In this document: positions 37,685 through 51,623 of the stretch, one piece after another
How the letters are laid out: every line of letters begins with the position of its first letter
Numbering within the stretch: the stretch's first letter is position 1
Assembly (NCBI GenBank): GCA_951406725.2
Contig: OX597831.1
Location: forward strand, 38,936,001-39,000,000
Origin: Octopus vulgaris
Taxonomy: Eukaryota
DNA: 64,000 nt
Direction: 5' to 3'
Translations under genes and position numbers: made by a program
The notes under the pieces: generated by a model
What the model was told of the DNA's origin: nothing
Databases searched by the model: none
Seen by the model: the letters and a program-made list of their open reading frames with translations, nothing else

Positions 37685-38010
37685 ATTATAAACATAATTA
37701 TAATTTGGGTTCAGCTAATTAATTCACCACATACCGAATTTAGAAATAGGAGTTAAAAATTCCTTTTCTACTACTCTAAGAATCTCCATAGCGGCAACAT
37801 CCTTTTTTTTTACGTAGGCAAAGAGAAGAACAATGAATAAACACGACCAGGATTAACTACATACGCGTTTCGAGGTTAAAGTATTTAAAAGTTTACCTAC
37901 TTATCTCTTCAGTGTAGTATTTCCGATCTACTTGGTAAAATGTTTAATTAATTGATTGATTAATTAATTAATTTAATTGATAAATTTTACCCTTTTATTA
38001 TTAATTTAAA
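37685..38010 (-). mobile_element. Non-coding Penelope-like unit with a hammerhead and an AT-rich terminal hairpin
   Basis: Hammerhead at 37856-37918; GGTAAAAT...ATTTTACC hairpin at about 37933-37991; microsatellite flanks. Confidence 0.6.
37856..37918 (-). ncRNA. Minimal type-I hammerhead ribozyme with an intact core
   Basis: ACTACA-CTGAAGA-GA..stem II..TC-GAAACGCGTA-TGTAGT: perfect 6-bp stem I, palindromic ACGCGT stem III and a GUA site. Confidence 0.8.
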
Positions 38011-38022
38011 AGTATATATATG

Positions 38023-38117
<95 letters not shown>

Positions 38118-38279
38118 TTATATATAATACTTTTCTTCAAGCCCTTTACTTCTAGATATCATTTCTATTCTGAGTAAGTCGGATCTTTTCCTATGTAAAC
38201 ATGTATACATTTTTGTATTTAATGCATTTAATATAATTTTGTATATCGGCCTGCTTAACTTGCTTGTCCATACATTTAC

Positions 38280-38580
38280 TCCTGCTCGTACTTATTTTAT
38301 CGGTCTCTTTTTGCCGAACCTCAACATCGCTTGTCGAGCGATGGTGAGGGGACAAACACGGAAACACTTTAGCATTTTTTCTTTAAGCCTAGTACTTATG
38401 CATTTGGTCTCCACTTCCGAACCACTAAGTTACGGGAACGTAAACACATCAGCACCGGTTTTCAAGTGGTGATGGGGAAAAAACACAGACACAAAGACAC
38501 ACACACACATACACACACACACACACACGCACACTCACACTCACACATACACACACACGCACACACACACACACATATAT

Positions 38581-38642
<62 letters not shown>

Positions 38643-38780
38643 GGGTTTCTTTCAATTTCCGTCTACAAAATCCACCCGCAAGTTTATTCGCAGACAGGTC
38701 CCCAAGGTGGCATGCGGTCGGCCTGAACCAGGAGCCATTTGATTGGGAAGCAAGATTCTTACCATACAGCCACGCCTGCA
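38280..38780 (-). mobile_element. SINE family B, rearranged
   Basis: Reverse-complement head at 38700-38780; core and tail pieces out of order. Confidence 0.7.
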
Positions 38781-38801
38781 CCCATACATGCACACATACA
38801 T

Positions 38802-38852
<51 letters not shown>

Positions 38853-39254
38853 CGTGTGTGTGTGTGTTTCTACATGTGTGTTATTGTTTTGACCGGTCGA
38901 ATACCCAGTGTAGTTTGCTCTGTGTCTATCCGTGTTCCATAATTTCTCAATCCCTTCTGCATGTAGAAAGATATTTCTGAGAAATAAGTAACGCGGCTTC
39001 ACTTAATTAATGAAGTTGATGAGAAAATGGTGTACCCAATGAATGTAGTCCAAAGACAGAATCCAATAAGAGAATTATGGAATAGATATAGGAATAGCAA
39101 AACTGATGGATGGACGGAGAGTCGGTTGGACGGAAGGATGGATGAATGGATGAATGAATGGATGGATGGGCAGATGTATGGCTTGAGGGAGAGAGAGGAA
39201 AAGATGTCATAGAAACACAGACATACAGACAGACATAGACAGAGTATTAGATAC

Positions 39255-39331
<77 letters not shown>

Positions 39332-39721
39332 CAGACACACACACACAGACGGATGAATGGATGGATGGATAGACAGATATGTGGATGGAGGCATAGACAG
39401 ATAGATGAATGAATAGACAGATAGATAGATTGATTGAGGGATAGAGGCATAGACAGACAGATAGATATATATATATATATATATATATAGATAGATAGAT
39501 AGATAGGTAAGTAAGTAGGCACGTACTTACGTACGTACGTAGGATTACTGAGAAACATTAATTAGAATGATACGTTGTTATTTACCAGCTTTACTTGATG
39601 AGGATGGTGTTTTAGCACAGAAACTGCGATTGCTTCGTCTCGCGCTCTCAATGTGCCTAATTAGACGTAGATTGAGACTATTCATTAACCATAGTAGAGG
39701 GGATGATGTAATTTACATACA

Positions 39722-39755
<34 letters not shown>

Positions 39756-39818
39756 TGTGTGCAGGTGTAAGTGTGTGTATGTATATATCTATAAATATAT
39801 ATATATATATATATATAC

Positions 39819-39868
<50 letters not shown>

Positions 39869-39870
<2 letters not shown>

Positions 39871-40087
39871 AGGCGCGTGTCTTAGTGGTTAGGGTGCCAG
39901 CATCATGATCGTAAGATTGTGCCTTCAATTCCTGGACCGGGCGACGCGTTGTGTTCTTGAGCAAAACACTTCATTTCACGTTGCTCCAGTCCACTCAGCT
40001 GGCAAAAATGAGTCCAGCTGGGTATCACATACGCCATGGAAACCGGGAAACCGGGCTCATGAGCCTGGCTAGGCTTTAAAAGGGCGC

Positions 40088-40092
<5 letters not shown>
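39869..40092 (+). mobile_element. SINE family D with the same 3' tail as the family C copy at 33880
   Basis: CATACGCCATGGAAACCGGGAAACCGGGCTCATGAGCCTGGCTAGGCTT tail. Confidence 0.85.
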
Positions 40093-40151
<59 letters not shown>

Positions 40152-40676
40152 TATATTTGGTGTAAATATCTATTTCACAAATGTGAGATATCTCTATCTC
40201 TTATTATAAAAGGCAGATTTTATCTGCCTCCCTTTGGGAGTTATACAAATCTACAATATAGGATTTCTTCAATTACAATTTACCTAGCAGTTTTGAGAGT
40301 ACAATGCATCGCGTCATGCCAGGTCCAGTTTTTAAAATTTAAACTCCAATTAAGCAAAATTTACAGAAAACTCACATTCTGGTGTGTGTGTCAAATGCTT
40401 TTCTTAGTCTGGTTTACAGCACACGCAAACGCACACACACACTGTGTAACGAATAAAATGAAACTAGATGTAATATTTGTTACTGTCCATGAACGCTGAT
40501 AGATACATGAGTAAAATGTATGGGAAGCTAACAAATAAGAGTGAGTGAAAATGTTCTTGGAAGAGAGTAAATTTGAAGCTTGAGAACAATCAGATACATT
40601 TGCAACACATCTGTTGAAAATATTATTATTCACACACATACATATACATATATACATACAGACAGACAGACAGATA

Positions 40677-40712
<36 letters not shown>

Positions 40713-40829
40713 ATCCAGCATGGCCACAACCTCAAGGCTGAAACATATAAAAGAATAACAGAATATAAATGTGTGCATGTGTGTGAGAGAGAGAGTGTGT
40801 GTGTATATGTATGTATATATATATATATA

Positions 40830-41420
40830 ATAATGCGGTTTTTTCAACAGCTTGAACTAAAAGTCAGAGGGGAATGGGATAAACTACTTATATTAACTTG
40901 CTATAAAAGCAGGTAGTAATTTTATCTTGTCCTTATTCATAGTGCAAGTTTTGAAGAGTGCATTTCGATTTTAACAGCTATTTTTTTCAAAGCTATGTTG
41001 GAAGTAACAAAGGAGCATATTTGGCATATTTTGCTTTATGAGTTCAATAAAGACAACAACGCAACGGAAAGTACAAGAAATATTAATGCAGTATATGGGG
41101 ATTGGACAATAAGCGTAAGGCAGTGTCAATGGTGGTTCCAGAAATTCCGAGCCATAAACTACAGCCTAGAAGACGAGCCTCATCCTGAAAGATCTGTAGA
41201 ACTCGACAAGGACATCCTGAAAACCCTGGTGGAACAAAATCTCATCGTAACTGTTGAGGAACTAGCAGAGAAGCTTGGATTTGGTCATTCAACCATTCAT
41301 TGAGACCTGTGTGCTATCGGAAAAGTCAGCAAATTGGGTCAATGGGTTCCTCACGAACTTTCCGAGTCTAATTGCATGCAGAGAGTGAATGTATGCTTTT
41401 CTTTGCTGTCACATCTCACC
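40830..41420 (+). pseudogene. mariner 5' half (HTH domains to WVPHEL)
   Basis: EHIWHILLYEF..WFQKFR..SLEDEP..TVEELAEKLGFGHSTIH*..KVSKLGQWVPHEL; ends just before the Helitron at 41439. Confidence 0.9.
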
Positions 41421-41438
41421 ACTACTGCGCTATGTATA

Positions 41439-42061
41439 TCTATATATATAAAACTGTAGTTGTGTGAGTGTCTGTCCCCTTCGATTTAGATTCCTAACTA
41501 CTCCCACATTTTGCGGTGCAGTTTAACCAAATTCGGGTAGCTTATAGTCGTGATTCATATCGAGCCCGTCTGAGTATTAGCGCGCGTCTACGATGAGTCT
41601 ACGATTTTAAAAATAATTTAACATCATTTTTTATTCCATTTTAATGCATAATTTTTCGTGTGTCGATGGCGGTGGAGTTGGCGTCCACGCTCACACCTGC
41701 ACCTGTGGGGAAGGGAGTGTAAGGAAATCAACGTCGTAATGCGTTGTCAAGGAGACCAGCGTTCTTTTAGAACAACGACTTCATGGCTTGAAGACACCAA
41801 AACAGAAATGGCTAAGAAAGCGTCTACATGAGTCTACGATTTAAAAAAAAATTTACCATCGTTTTTTTTCCATTTTAATGCATTTTTTCGCTATTATATA
41901 AGGGAAGTAACTCTCTAAAACTGTCTACGATGAGTCAAATTTACCATCATATTTTTTCCATTTTTAATGCATTTTTTGCTATTTTTTGGCTATAACTCTC
42001 TAAAAATGCTTATATAGTTATTTCCCTTACAAACCCGAGCAACGCCGGGCGATAATGCTAG
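41439..42061 (+). mobile_element. Non-autonomous Helitron
   Basis: A|TC start, CCCGAGCAACGCCGGG hairpin, CTAG|T end, no TSD; second copy at 45941-46453. Confidence 0.9.
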
Positions 42062-42420
42062 TATATATATAAACGGCAAAATGTCTGCGTGTGTGTCCTT
42101 TATACAAATCCACAATTTTTCAGTTAGAGGGCTCGCACTTTCTATGGTTATTCAAAACCGTCCAAGGGTGGTCGTGCACATCTTTACATTTCCCCAGTCA
42201 CCCCGCAAAGCCATTAAAAAATCAATAGAAGTGATTTTTGGTGAATTTTCTATCCAAAACCCAATCAAAATGCCCGAAACTTGATACGCCAATTGAATGC
42301 CAGCTAGCTGTATGTGATTGGTCGGAGATTTGTACAGTACTCGCGTGTATGCGCGCACGCACGCAGCTGTATATGCATGCACTAGCACTATGACCCGGCG
42401 TTGCCGGGTCATAGTGCTAG
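42062..42420 (+). mobile_element. Second non-autonomous Helitron abutting the first, with a palindromic 3' end
   Basis: TATATATATAAACGGCAAAATGTCTG start; ends ACTAGCACTATGACCCGGC-GTT-GCCGGGTCATAGTGCTAG|T. Confidence 0.7.
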
Positions 42421-42538
42421 TAGGTAATAGAATATTTATGTGCGTGTACACAAAAAAGTATAAACACATTCATGCATACACACATAGACGGAAACCTAAA
42501 GAAGCCTGTCGTATGTATGCATGTGTGTGTGTATGGAC

Positions 42539-42575
<37 letters not shown>

Positions 42576-42699
42576 CATCCATCTGTCTATGCCTCTATCC
42601 CTCAATCAATCTATCTATCTGTCTATTCATCCATCTATCTGTCTGTGCCTCCATCCACATATCTGTCTATCCATCCATCCATTCATCCGTCTGTGTGTG

Positions 42700-42754
<55 letters not shown>

Positions 42755-43036
42755 GACCGAGGTTACCGTGGTCTTTTCCGTAGGCTTTTCTTTCTACGGG
42801 TAAACCTCACCTGTCCTCCCCTTTACACTCCATATTGACATTTCTGTGATAACGATCCCTATTGATCAATCCCCCCCCCTTTTTTTAATCCAACCCCTTT
42901 TTTGTCCTCTTTCTTTCCTTTCACGATCCCTTTTGATCGACCCCCCCCCCCGTTATTTTTTTACGCCCAAAAGAAAAGCTCTACCTTGTAATTTGTTCTA
43001 TCTGTGTGCAGCCCTGTGTGGCTAATAAAGAAACAT
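42755..43036 (+). mobile_element. 3'UTR fragment of an L1/Tx1-like retrotransposon inside a (TATC)n tract
   Basis: Pyrimidine-rich UTR ending GCCCTGTGTGGCTAATAAAGAAACA; (TATC)n on both sides. Confidence 0.6.
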
Positions 43037-43600
43037 ATCTATCTATCTATGTCGTATGTTTGTCGTATGTATGCATGTGTGTGTGTATGTGCGTTGGGTG
43101 TTTGCGTTTGCCCACATCGCTGCTTAACGGCCTGTATTAATTCCTTGACGTTCCGGTAACTTAGCGCCCCTAAAATAGTTCCAGGCTAAAAAAAGAGAAA
43201 CATAAATACCGGAATCGATTCGTTAGACTAAAACTTTTCAAGCCTGTGCTACAGTATGGCCTCCGTCCAAAGTAATAAGAGACAGAATTCACCCGGGATG
43301 GTCATAGCATTCGCTCAATTTCCCCAGTCGTGGATAAATGATGGTGGATTCACCTGTGATTAAGTCGTACACGATTTGGAGGTCGTCTGGCTCCTAGACA
43401 TGTTTCACATATGCTCACCACTGTGTAGACATGCTCTGATGTCACTGGAAGTATTACCTCTTCCTGAAGACCAAATAAACTCTGTGCTCCGAGGACAGTA
43501 TCGGGAGAAAAAGAAAAAGAGCAGAATAGACAGACATGAAAGCTTATAAACTGCCATAAAAGTTCATGAGTGCACTATCGTGTAAGAATGGCACATTAAA

Positions 43601-43632
<32 letters not shown>

Positions 43633-43661
43633 AGAGACTGAGAGAGACTGAGAGACGGAAC

Positions 43662-44052
<391 letters not shown>

Positions 44053-45296
44053 CAGGAGTTGGTGAAATTATATCGCTTCGGGTGATTCAGAAACAAAAAG
44101 GAATCACCTTCTTAAGCAGATGAGTATTGAAGTAGATCTGAAATCGAGAATGCATGTGATTGATAAACTGGCAAATGGCGATGAAAATTCTTTGAGAAAC
44201 CTAGCTGCGGGATTGATTGACCGAACAGTTAATCAGACAATCCATTTGTTAACTGATTGAATTTTTCTTTCCAGCTTTGGCACTAGACTACACATTGCGC
44301 CTCCAAGTGTTTATTATTGACATTATAACTCTCCCGAACGAAAAGAAAATTTGCTTCAATACACGTGTTCACATCAAGAATCTTCCAAATCAAATACAAA
44401 TTGAATCATTGAAAATGAGATTTCAACAAACACTTGAGATCTTTAGGTACAAAACTACAAGAACGGAAGCTAAATTAATAAAGTGTGTTAATATGTTATT
44501 AATATGTCCTATGATATCATTGTCCGTTGAAGTGGCTGAACGTGAAAACAGAATTGAAACTAATTACAATTCTCGTTTCAATGAGTTTGGAAGAGTCCAA
44601 ATCATAAGTACCATGTGAAATGGAATATCTAACTTTTAATATGGCCTACAATATTAATATCTAACCTTCAGTATGCCCTTTCATATTATTGTTCGTGGAA
44701 GTGGTTTCAAAATTATTAGATCGAAATGGAGAGCAACATAAAATCTATTTATAATCATAATTCTAAGAGTGTGGAAGAGTCTAAATCGTAAGGTATCATA
44801 TAAAATGGAATAGCTAACATTTTTCTGAAGAGCCCTTCATTGGATAATGGATGATAAAACAAAACGGTAATCCATAAAGCGTTAATAAAACACTACAGAG
44901 GAATCTATGGAAGCTTTTGTTCACTCCACTGCCTTATTAAAATTTGATTATTTAGTTCCAATATCACTTTAATTAAATATTGTTATTTTGATTAAAAAGC
45001 TCTTGAATATTATATCATTTACATGTTTTGTGTTTGATGCCTCATTATAAAGTGGTATGAAAATATACGCATGCACACATACACAGCCAGCACATACACC
45101 TCCACCCCACCCCCACACACATGTATAAGAATGAATAAAGAGCTAGATAATTGAATAAATGATTAGAGTTATTTAAGTTCAAAATATAACCTATATTCCC
45201 GTTTAGCAATAAACAGAAAATGTGTTTCATTCCACATATACAACCCTATAAATATTCACACATATACACCTAAATATCAATCTGAAATTTCTGATG

Positions 45297-45339
<43 letters not shown>

Positions 45340-45940
45340 TTGCTCACCCATACCTTTAAGGTAGATAGAGATTAATAAATGTCTAATCTATTGAAATTTG
45401 CGATTGCTTTTAATAATGTATGAGTGTTGTAAGATTTTAATCTTATTTTATTCCAAAGTGAAAATTAAGTTTGATTGAAGAAATGCCGTGAACAAAATCA
45501 AATTACTCAGATAAATTAGAGTGAAATTTTCCGTTTCGTTCAATAAACGGAACGGAATAAGACGAAAGTATATTACAATTAAAAAAATTCTTGAAAATAT
45601 AATTGATCACATTTCCTTATAACACTTAATGTCGTATTGTCTTATCAAAAAAATCTCTTTGTTACACTAGCATCAAACATATGGGTTCGATTATAGATTT
45701 CATATGTACTGAAACAATGAAATGCCTACTGAAGAAGCTGAATAATATTGATGATATTACTCATGGAGATGTTAATTTCGAAGATACAAAGAAGTGATAC
45801 GTTACGAGGTCGCTTTGACTTATTAGCAAACACCTGTGAAGCCGTTCTCAAATTACAAATCACCGTCTTTAATATTCTAGATATAGATTATCCTAATTCG
45901 GCTTTACATAGGGCTGTAACCATAACAGAAATATAACTAA

Positions 45941-46453
45941 CTAGCAGTATCGCCCGGCGTTGCTCGGGTTTGTAAGGGAAATAACTATATAAGCATTTTT
46001 AGAGAGTTACTTCCCTTATAGATGCCAATTCGGGCTTTCTTAGCCATTTCTGTTTTGGTGTCTTCAAGCCATGAAGTCGTTGTTCTAAAAGAACGCTGGT
46101 CTCCTTGACAACGCTTTACGACGTTGATTTCCTTACACTCCCTTCCCCACAGCTTCACGAGGGAGGGAACAAGGGGAAAAAGCAAACAGGTGCAGCTGTA
46201 AGCGTGGACGCCAACTCCGCCGCCATCGACACACGAAAAATTATGCATTAAAATGGAATAAAAAATGATGTTAAATTATTTTTTAAATCGTAGACTCATC
46301 GTAGACGCGCGCTAATACTCAGACGGTCTAGATATGAAACACGACTATAAGATACCCGAATTTGGTTAAACTGCACCGCAAAATGTGGGAGTAGTTAGGA
46401 ATCTAAATCGAAGGGGACAGACACTCACACAACTACAGTTTTATATATATAGA
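45941..46453 (-). mobile_element. Non-autonomous Helitron, inverted copy of 41439-42061
   Basis: Same termini and near-identical body apart from indels. Confidence 0.9.
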
Positions 46454-47030
46454 TTTCTGCAAACAAACAAATAAAGGATCGCCTATATACATGTGTGAAC
46501 TGCTCGAAACAACAAACATCTATTTTTAACCATAAACTTTATCTCGGAAAGTAACGTTACAAAAGTACGATGCGATGTAATGCCTTTGATCCATTGATCA
46601 ACTCGAGCAAGTCTGTCCCTTCCTATTTGACATCCAGATTCTATACTAAGAAATTTAAGTAAATATTCTTTATACAATTTCCTAAAGGCTTTCAATAAAT
46701 ATTAGTAACTTATACAGGGAAAGAAAATATAGAAATCATTTCATATTTATATAAATATACATATATCCATTTCTATTAATATATAATCATAATTAGGAAG
46801 TAAATGGTGATTTTTTTAATGAGTTGAATTAAAAGAAAATGTTTATAAAGTTGGTAAATGAAATAGAGATAAGACTGTGCATTGTCAGTTTGAATGGAAA
46901 TTTCTATAAGTGGCTGAAGATTGCTCGACATTTTAAAACTGATGTAATACTTACAGTGTTTAATAAAATGAAGTAGCATGTAACAATTTTACTACTCTAC
47001 CTCGGATATACTTGTTGCTTATTTTGAGTA

Positions 47031-47067
<37 letters not shown>

Positions 47068-47075
47068 ATATATGC

Positions 47076-47139
<64 letters not shown>

Positions 47140-47145
47140 GTATAT

Positions 47146-47440
47146 GGTGACTCTACTGTCTTAGACGACGGATGATGTGTCCCCATCTCCTTGTTGAAGA
47201 GCCTGCGCAGGTGACTCTTTTCTAGTCACGAATGTCTCTACTGTACATAATCTCAATGCTCCATCAAATTGACGTCGTGAGTAGTTTAGGGTCTCCTGCT
47301 CTTCAGATCTAGAACTGATCTCTGAGCCACTTGATATGAAGAGTTTTGCTCAAGACACAACGTACAACCCCGTCCAGAAATACAATTTACTATCATGTGA
47401 TTGTGTGTGCAACACCTTAACCTCTTACCAACGCCCATTC
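47146..47440 (-). mobile_element. SINE family D-like, degenerate
   Basis: Minus strand GTTGTGTCTTGAGCAAAACTCTTCAT core. Confidence 0.5.
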
Positions 47441-47539
47441 ATATATACATGCATATATGTTCATGCATATATTTTTAAATATGTGTGTATAATTACGTGT
47501 GCATACGTATACGCATACATATGTGTATCGGTCACTTCT

Positions 47540-47742
47540 GCAATGTAACTACATACGTGCAGTTTGCGATTTCTTTTCCTTCTTTGGACTTTTCCGTTTC
47601 TCGTTTCGGACGATGAGCTATGCGCGAAACGTCAAACTCTCTCTTTACACCGTGTGTCAAGCCAATACATTTCTTGTGCAAGTCTTCTTGTCATCCTTCA
47701 ATTTTACTCGTTTAATAGAGTTTGTTTGTTCATTTGAATTGA
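47540..47742 (+). mobile_element. Short repeat carrying a variant minimal hammerhead at 47603-47637; second copy at 50712-50900
   Basis: GTTT-CGGACGA-TGAGC(tat)GCGC-GAAACGTC-AAAC. The copies share AATGTAACTACA.ACGTGC, CCTTCTTTGGACTTTT and TTTGTTCATTTGAATTGA. Confidence 0.65.
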
Positions 47743-47824
47743 GTGTGTGTGTGTGTGTGCGCGTGCGTGCGTGCACTTTGATAAATAATATATGTAAAAA
47801 GTAAGACTATTATAAAGAAAAATT

Positions 47825-48055
47825 GGAGGTGCATGGTTTAGTGGTTAAGGCATGATCGTAAGATTGTGGTTTTGATTTCTGGACCGTGTGGTGCACTTTG
47901 TGTTTGAGCAACACGTTTGATTTCAGGTTGCTCCAGTCAACGAAACTCGTAAACGTCTGTAATTCTGCGCCGGAGCGGCGTCCCGTTCGGGAAAGATTAT
48001 AGACCCCTGAGTAACCTGGAAACTTGGCTCTATGCTCTTTGCGGAGTAATGCAGA
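47825..48055 (+). mobile_element. SINE family D, degenerate
   Basis: Head matches the copy at 39869. Confidence 0.65.
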
Positions 48056-48131
48056 CAATCCATTGTAAATAAAGTGTACGAATAAAAGATTGGTAAAGTA
48101 AACGTTGAAATAGAATTAATAACTAGAAATA

Positions 48132-48574
48132 CAGGGTGAGTCAAAATCTTTTTATAAGAAACAGTTTATAAGAACGGTTTCTTTTTTTATTTAACAGGCT
48201 CTATATGCTTTCTATTCCTGAGTGTTATACTAATACATTTGTTTGTTTGTACTCCACCTGCCTTCACCCTTTGTTTATTTTCGTAAACTTTCCCCTTCTA
48301 TATGGTTACCATTATTTTGAATACACATTGCAATACGTTTACCCCACTCATTGTGAACTCGTAATAACACATCTGGTGATATGTGTGCAAATGAGTTGGT
48401 GATTCGTTCCTTCAAATGATTCATGTCTTTTATCTTTCCGCGATACACCATGCCTTTCAAATGCCCCCAGAGATAGAAATCAAAAGGGGTCAGATCAGGG
48501 AAGGTAGGGGATCTTATAAGCTGTTTCCTATAAAAAATTGTTTTCCTATGTACGGAGATTTTTTAATCACACTG
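48132..48574 (-). mobile_element. Non-autonomous Tc1/mariner-superfamily (maT/rosa-like) element
   Basis: TA|CAGGGTG..CACACTG|TA termini; PDLTPFDFYLWGHLKGMVYRGKIKDMNHLKERI. Confidence 0.85.
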
Positions 48575-49251
48575 TAGAAATAATACCTATTGACCAGACG
48601 CTCAGATCGTTTTCATGTAATTGAAACTTTATAGACGATCAATGTGTTGAAGCTATATTGCTAAACCCAGCCGAAAGTTCATAAATGCGGATGTGTTACA
48701 GGCAGCCTTTTGTTGTGAGTAACTGAAAGTTTTGTTAAAGGTATCATGACATGTGGATACTCAGTCAGATCTTGAATAAAATTTACAATTTATTTCAATC
48801 TTAAATTAGTACTGTTTATTGAAAGACGTCTAAACGATTGTCCGATTAATATCGTAGCAACTGGCATGCACCCCACAATCATAAGTGATCATCTTTCCAG
48901 AATTTCATTTCAGTATAAACTCTTTTTTATTACACAGAAATTATATAATCTTTTGTGCAATAAATAAAATAAAGATTTCTCAAGTATTTCATGATTTCGT
49001 TCCAAGCTTTAGAGCTGTCTAAAATTACAAACATCGTCTTCCATATAATAACGTGATTATTGTCTAAAAGAACATCGTTAATTAATTAATTAATTAATTT
49101 CAATGAGATGAATGAGCCCTTTCATCAGGAAATAAAATTGAAATGTGAATATCAAAACGCTGTTAGTATTTTAGATACAACATTGACGAAACAGTGAAGA
49201 AGATAAACATTCATATACAATTCTTATATTAAAGATGTATGCACACACACA

Positions 49252-49303
<52 letters not shown>

Positions 49304-49389
49304 CAAACGAACACATATCTACACATGTATGTGTATGAACTAATATGTATACATATATATATGTGTATGAACAATAATACATATATATA

Positions 49390-49660
49390 TATATAAAATT
49401 GAGAATGTGTGTCTGTATGTCAGTGTGAATCCCTAAAACCTGAGAACTACACAACCAATTTCATTCAAATTTTACACATGCCTTACTTAGGGTCCATGTA
49501 GTGTAATGAGCAAAAGAATTTCTAGCTTCCTGCCTAGGGCGAGCCCACACCAATATCATATCTCCTCCACTATTTCCGTATTACGTGTTAAAAGTGAAAC
49601 AAAAACATCTCTCTATTGTAATGTCAGATACTTTCACTTCAATACTGAAACTATTAAAGT
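49390..49660 (+). mobile_element. 5' part of the Helitron family seen at 10766-12360
   Basis: Reverse-complement match to 12100-12350. Confidence 0.75.
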
Positions 49661-50087
49661 CAAACTATTATATAAGAGGGATGAACCATTAACAGTGGAC
49701 ATCCATTTTGCTAGACGAAGATCCACTATGGTCTTATATGCTACACCACTGGTTTTCAATTCATATTAATCAAATTGATATTAAATGTCTCACCCTTATA
49801 ATTTTAAATTTAAATTTAAACCCAGGACCATGTGTTTTGGAACGAAGTGTGTTACCACACAGCCACACCTGCACCTATGCATGAGCGTGTGTGTGTGTGT
49901 GTATGTGTGTATAGCTGTATATGTATATGTATATGTATATGTATACATTTATTTCAATATATATATATATATATATAGATGTACATGTAATATGTACACA
50001 TATATATTCACATATATATATGCATACATATATACACCGATACACACATACAAACACACAACTATCCACCCCACCCCCACACACATA

Positions 50088-50420
50088 CATAGGTGCAGCT
50101 GTGGCTGTGTGGTAACAAACTCGGTTCCAAAACACATGGTCCTGGATTCAGTCTCACTGTGTGGTTACTTGGCATGTGTCTTCTGCTATAGCCTCAGACC
50201 AACCAAAGACTTGTCAGTGGATTTTGTAGGCTGAAACTGAAAGAAATCAATCGTATATATATGTATGTATATATGTAAGTCTGTGTGTGTGTGTTTGTGC
50301 CTCTCCCTCATCACTGCCTCACAACTGGTGTTCGTTTATTTACATTCCCATGACTTACTGGTTTCACAAGAAGAAACTGATAGAATAAGTACCAGGCTTA
50401 TCAAAATAAAAAAAACACTA
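50088..50420 (+). mobile_element. SINE family B, degenerate, with an inverted head copy at 49822-49879
   Basis: Consensus match. Confidence 0.75.
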
Positions 50421-50494
50421 GGCAGTATCTCATATTTTCGTTTGCCCACACAATTTATCTTTGTGTGTGTGTACATACATACATACATACATAA

Positions 50495-50564
<70 letters not shown>

Positions 50565-50711
50565 ATTTCGTAGACAGAAACTTAAAGAAATTAATCGTAT
50601 ATATATGTTTGTATATATTTAAGTGTATGTGTGACCACTATGCCACCGACATTACCATAAAGACACGCACATACACAACACACACACACACAAAAACACA
50701 CACATATGTAG

Positions 50712-51011
<300 letters not shown>

Positions 51012-51039
51012 AAGTATATGCATATATATATATATATAT

Positions 51040-51465
51040 TCTTTTATTTGTTTCAGTCATTTGACTGCAGCCATGCTGGAGTACCGCCTTTAGTCGAACA
51101 AATCGACTCCAGGACTTATTCATTCTAAGCCTAGTACTTATTCTATCGGTATCTTATCGCGAACCGCTAAATTACAGGGACGTAAATACACCAGCCTTGG
51201 TTGTCAAGCGATGTTGAGGGGACAAACACAGACACACAAACACACAGACACTGACATACACACACACACACGCACACACACACACACACACTCACATATA
51301 TATTTGTGTGTGTGTGTGTGTGTGTATACACACAACAGGCTTCTTTCAGTTTCCGTCTACCAAATCCATGCACACGGCTTTGCTCAAGATGCCACGCTGT
51401 GGGACTGAACCCGGAACCATATGGCTGGTAAGCAAGCTACTTACAACACAGCCACCTCTGCGTCT
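51040..51465 (-). mobile_element. SINE family B
   Basis: Reverse-complement consensus match. Confidence 0.88.
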
Positions 51466-51623
51466 TTTCGGAAAAAAAAATCGAAGGTTGCCGTTAGAAC
51501 ATCTTCTGTAGGTATGATAGGTGTTCTACCTTTGCACGAAATCAATCCTTCCATTTTCTCTACCTATTTTAGAAACTTTAATCTTACCAGCGGGAATTAT
51601 TAAGTTATTGACGTCTTAAAAAC

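Noticed and set aside
40192-40600. Helitron-like 5' end (TCTCTATCTCTTATTATAAAAGGC)
   Set aside because: No 3' hairpin/CTAG or second copy in the window, so boundaries cannot be supported.
44086-44260. Protein-like open stretch after the TAGA array
   Set aside because: No convincing splice sites or recognisable homology.
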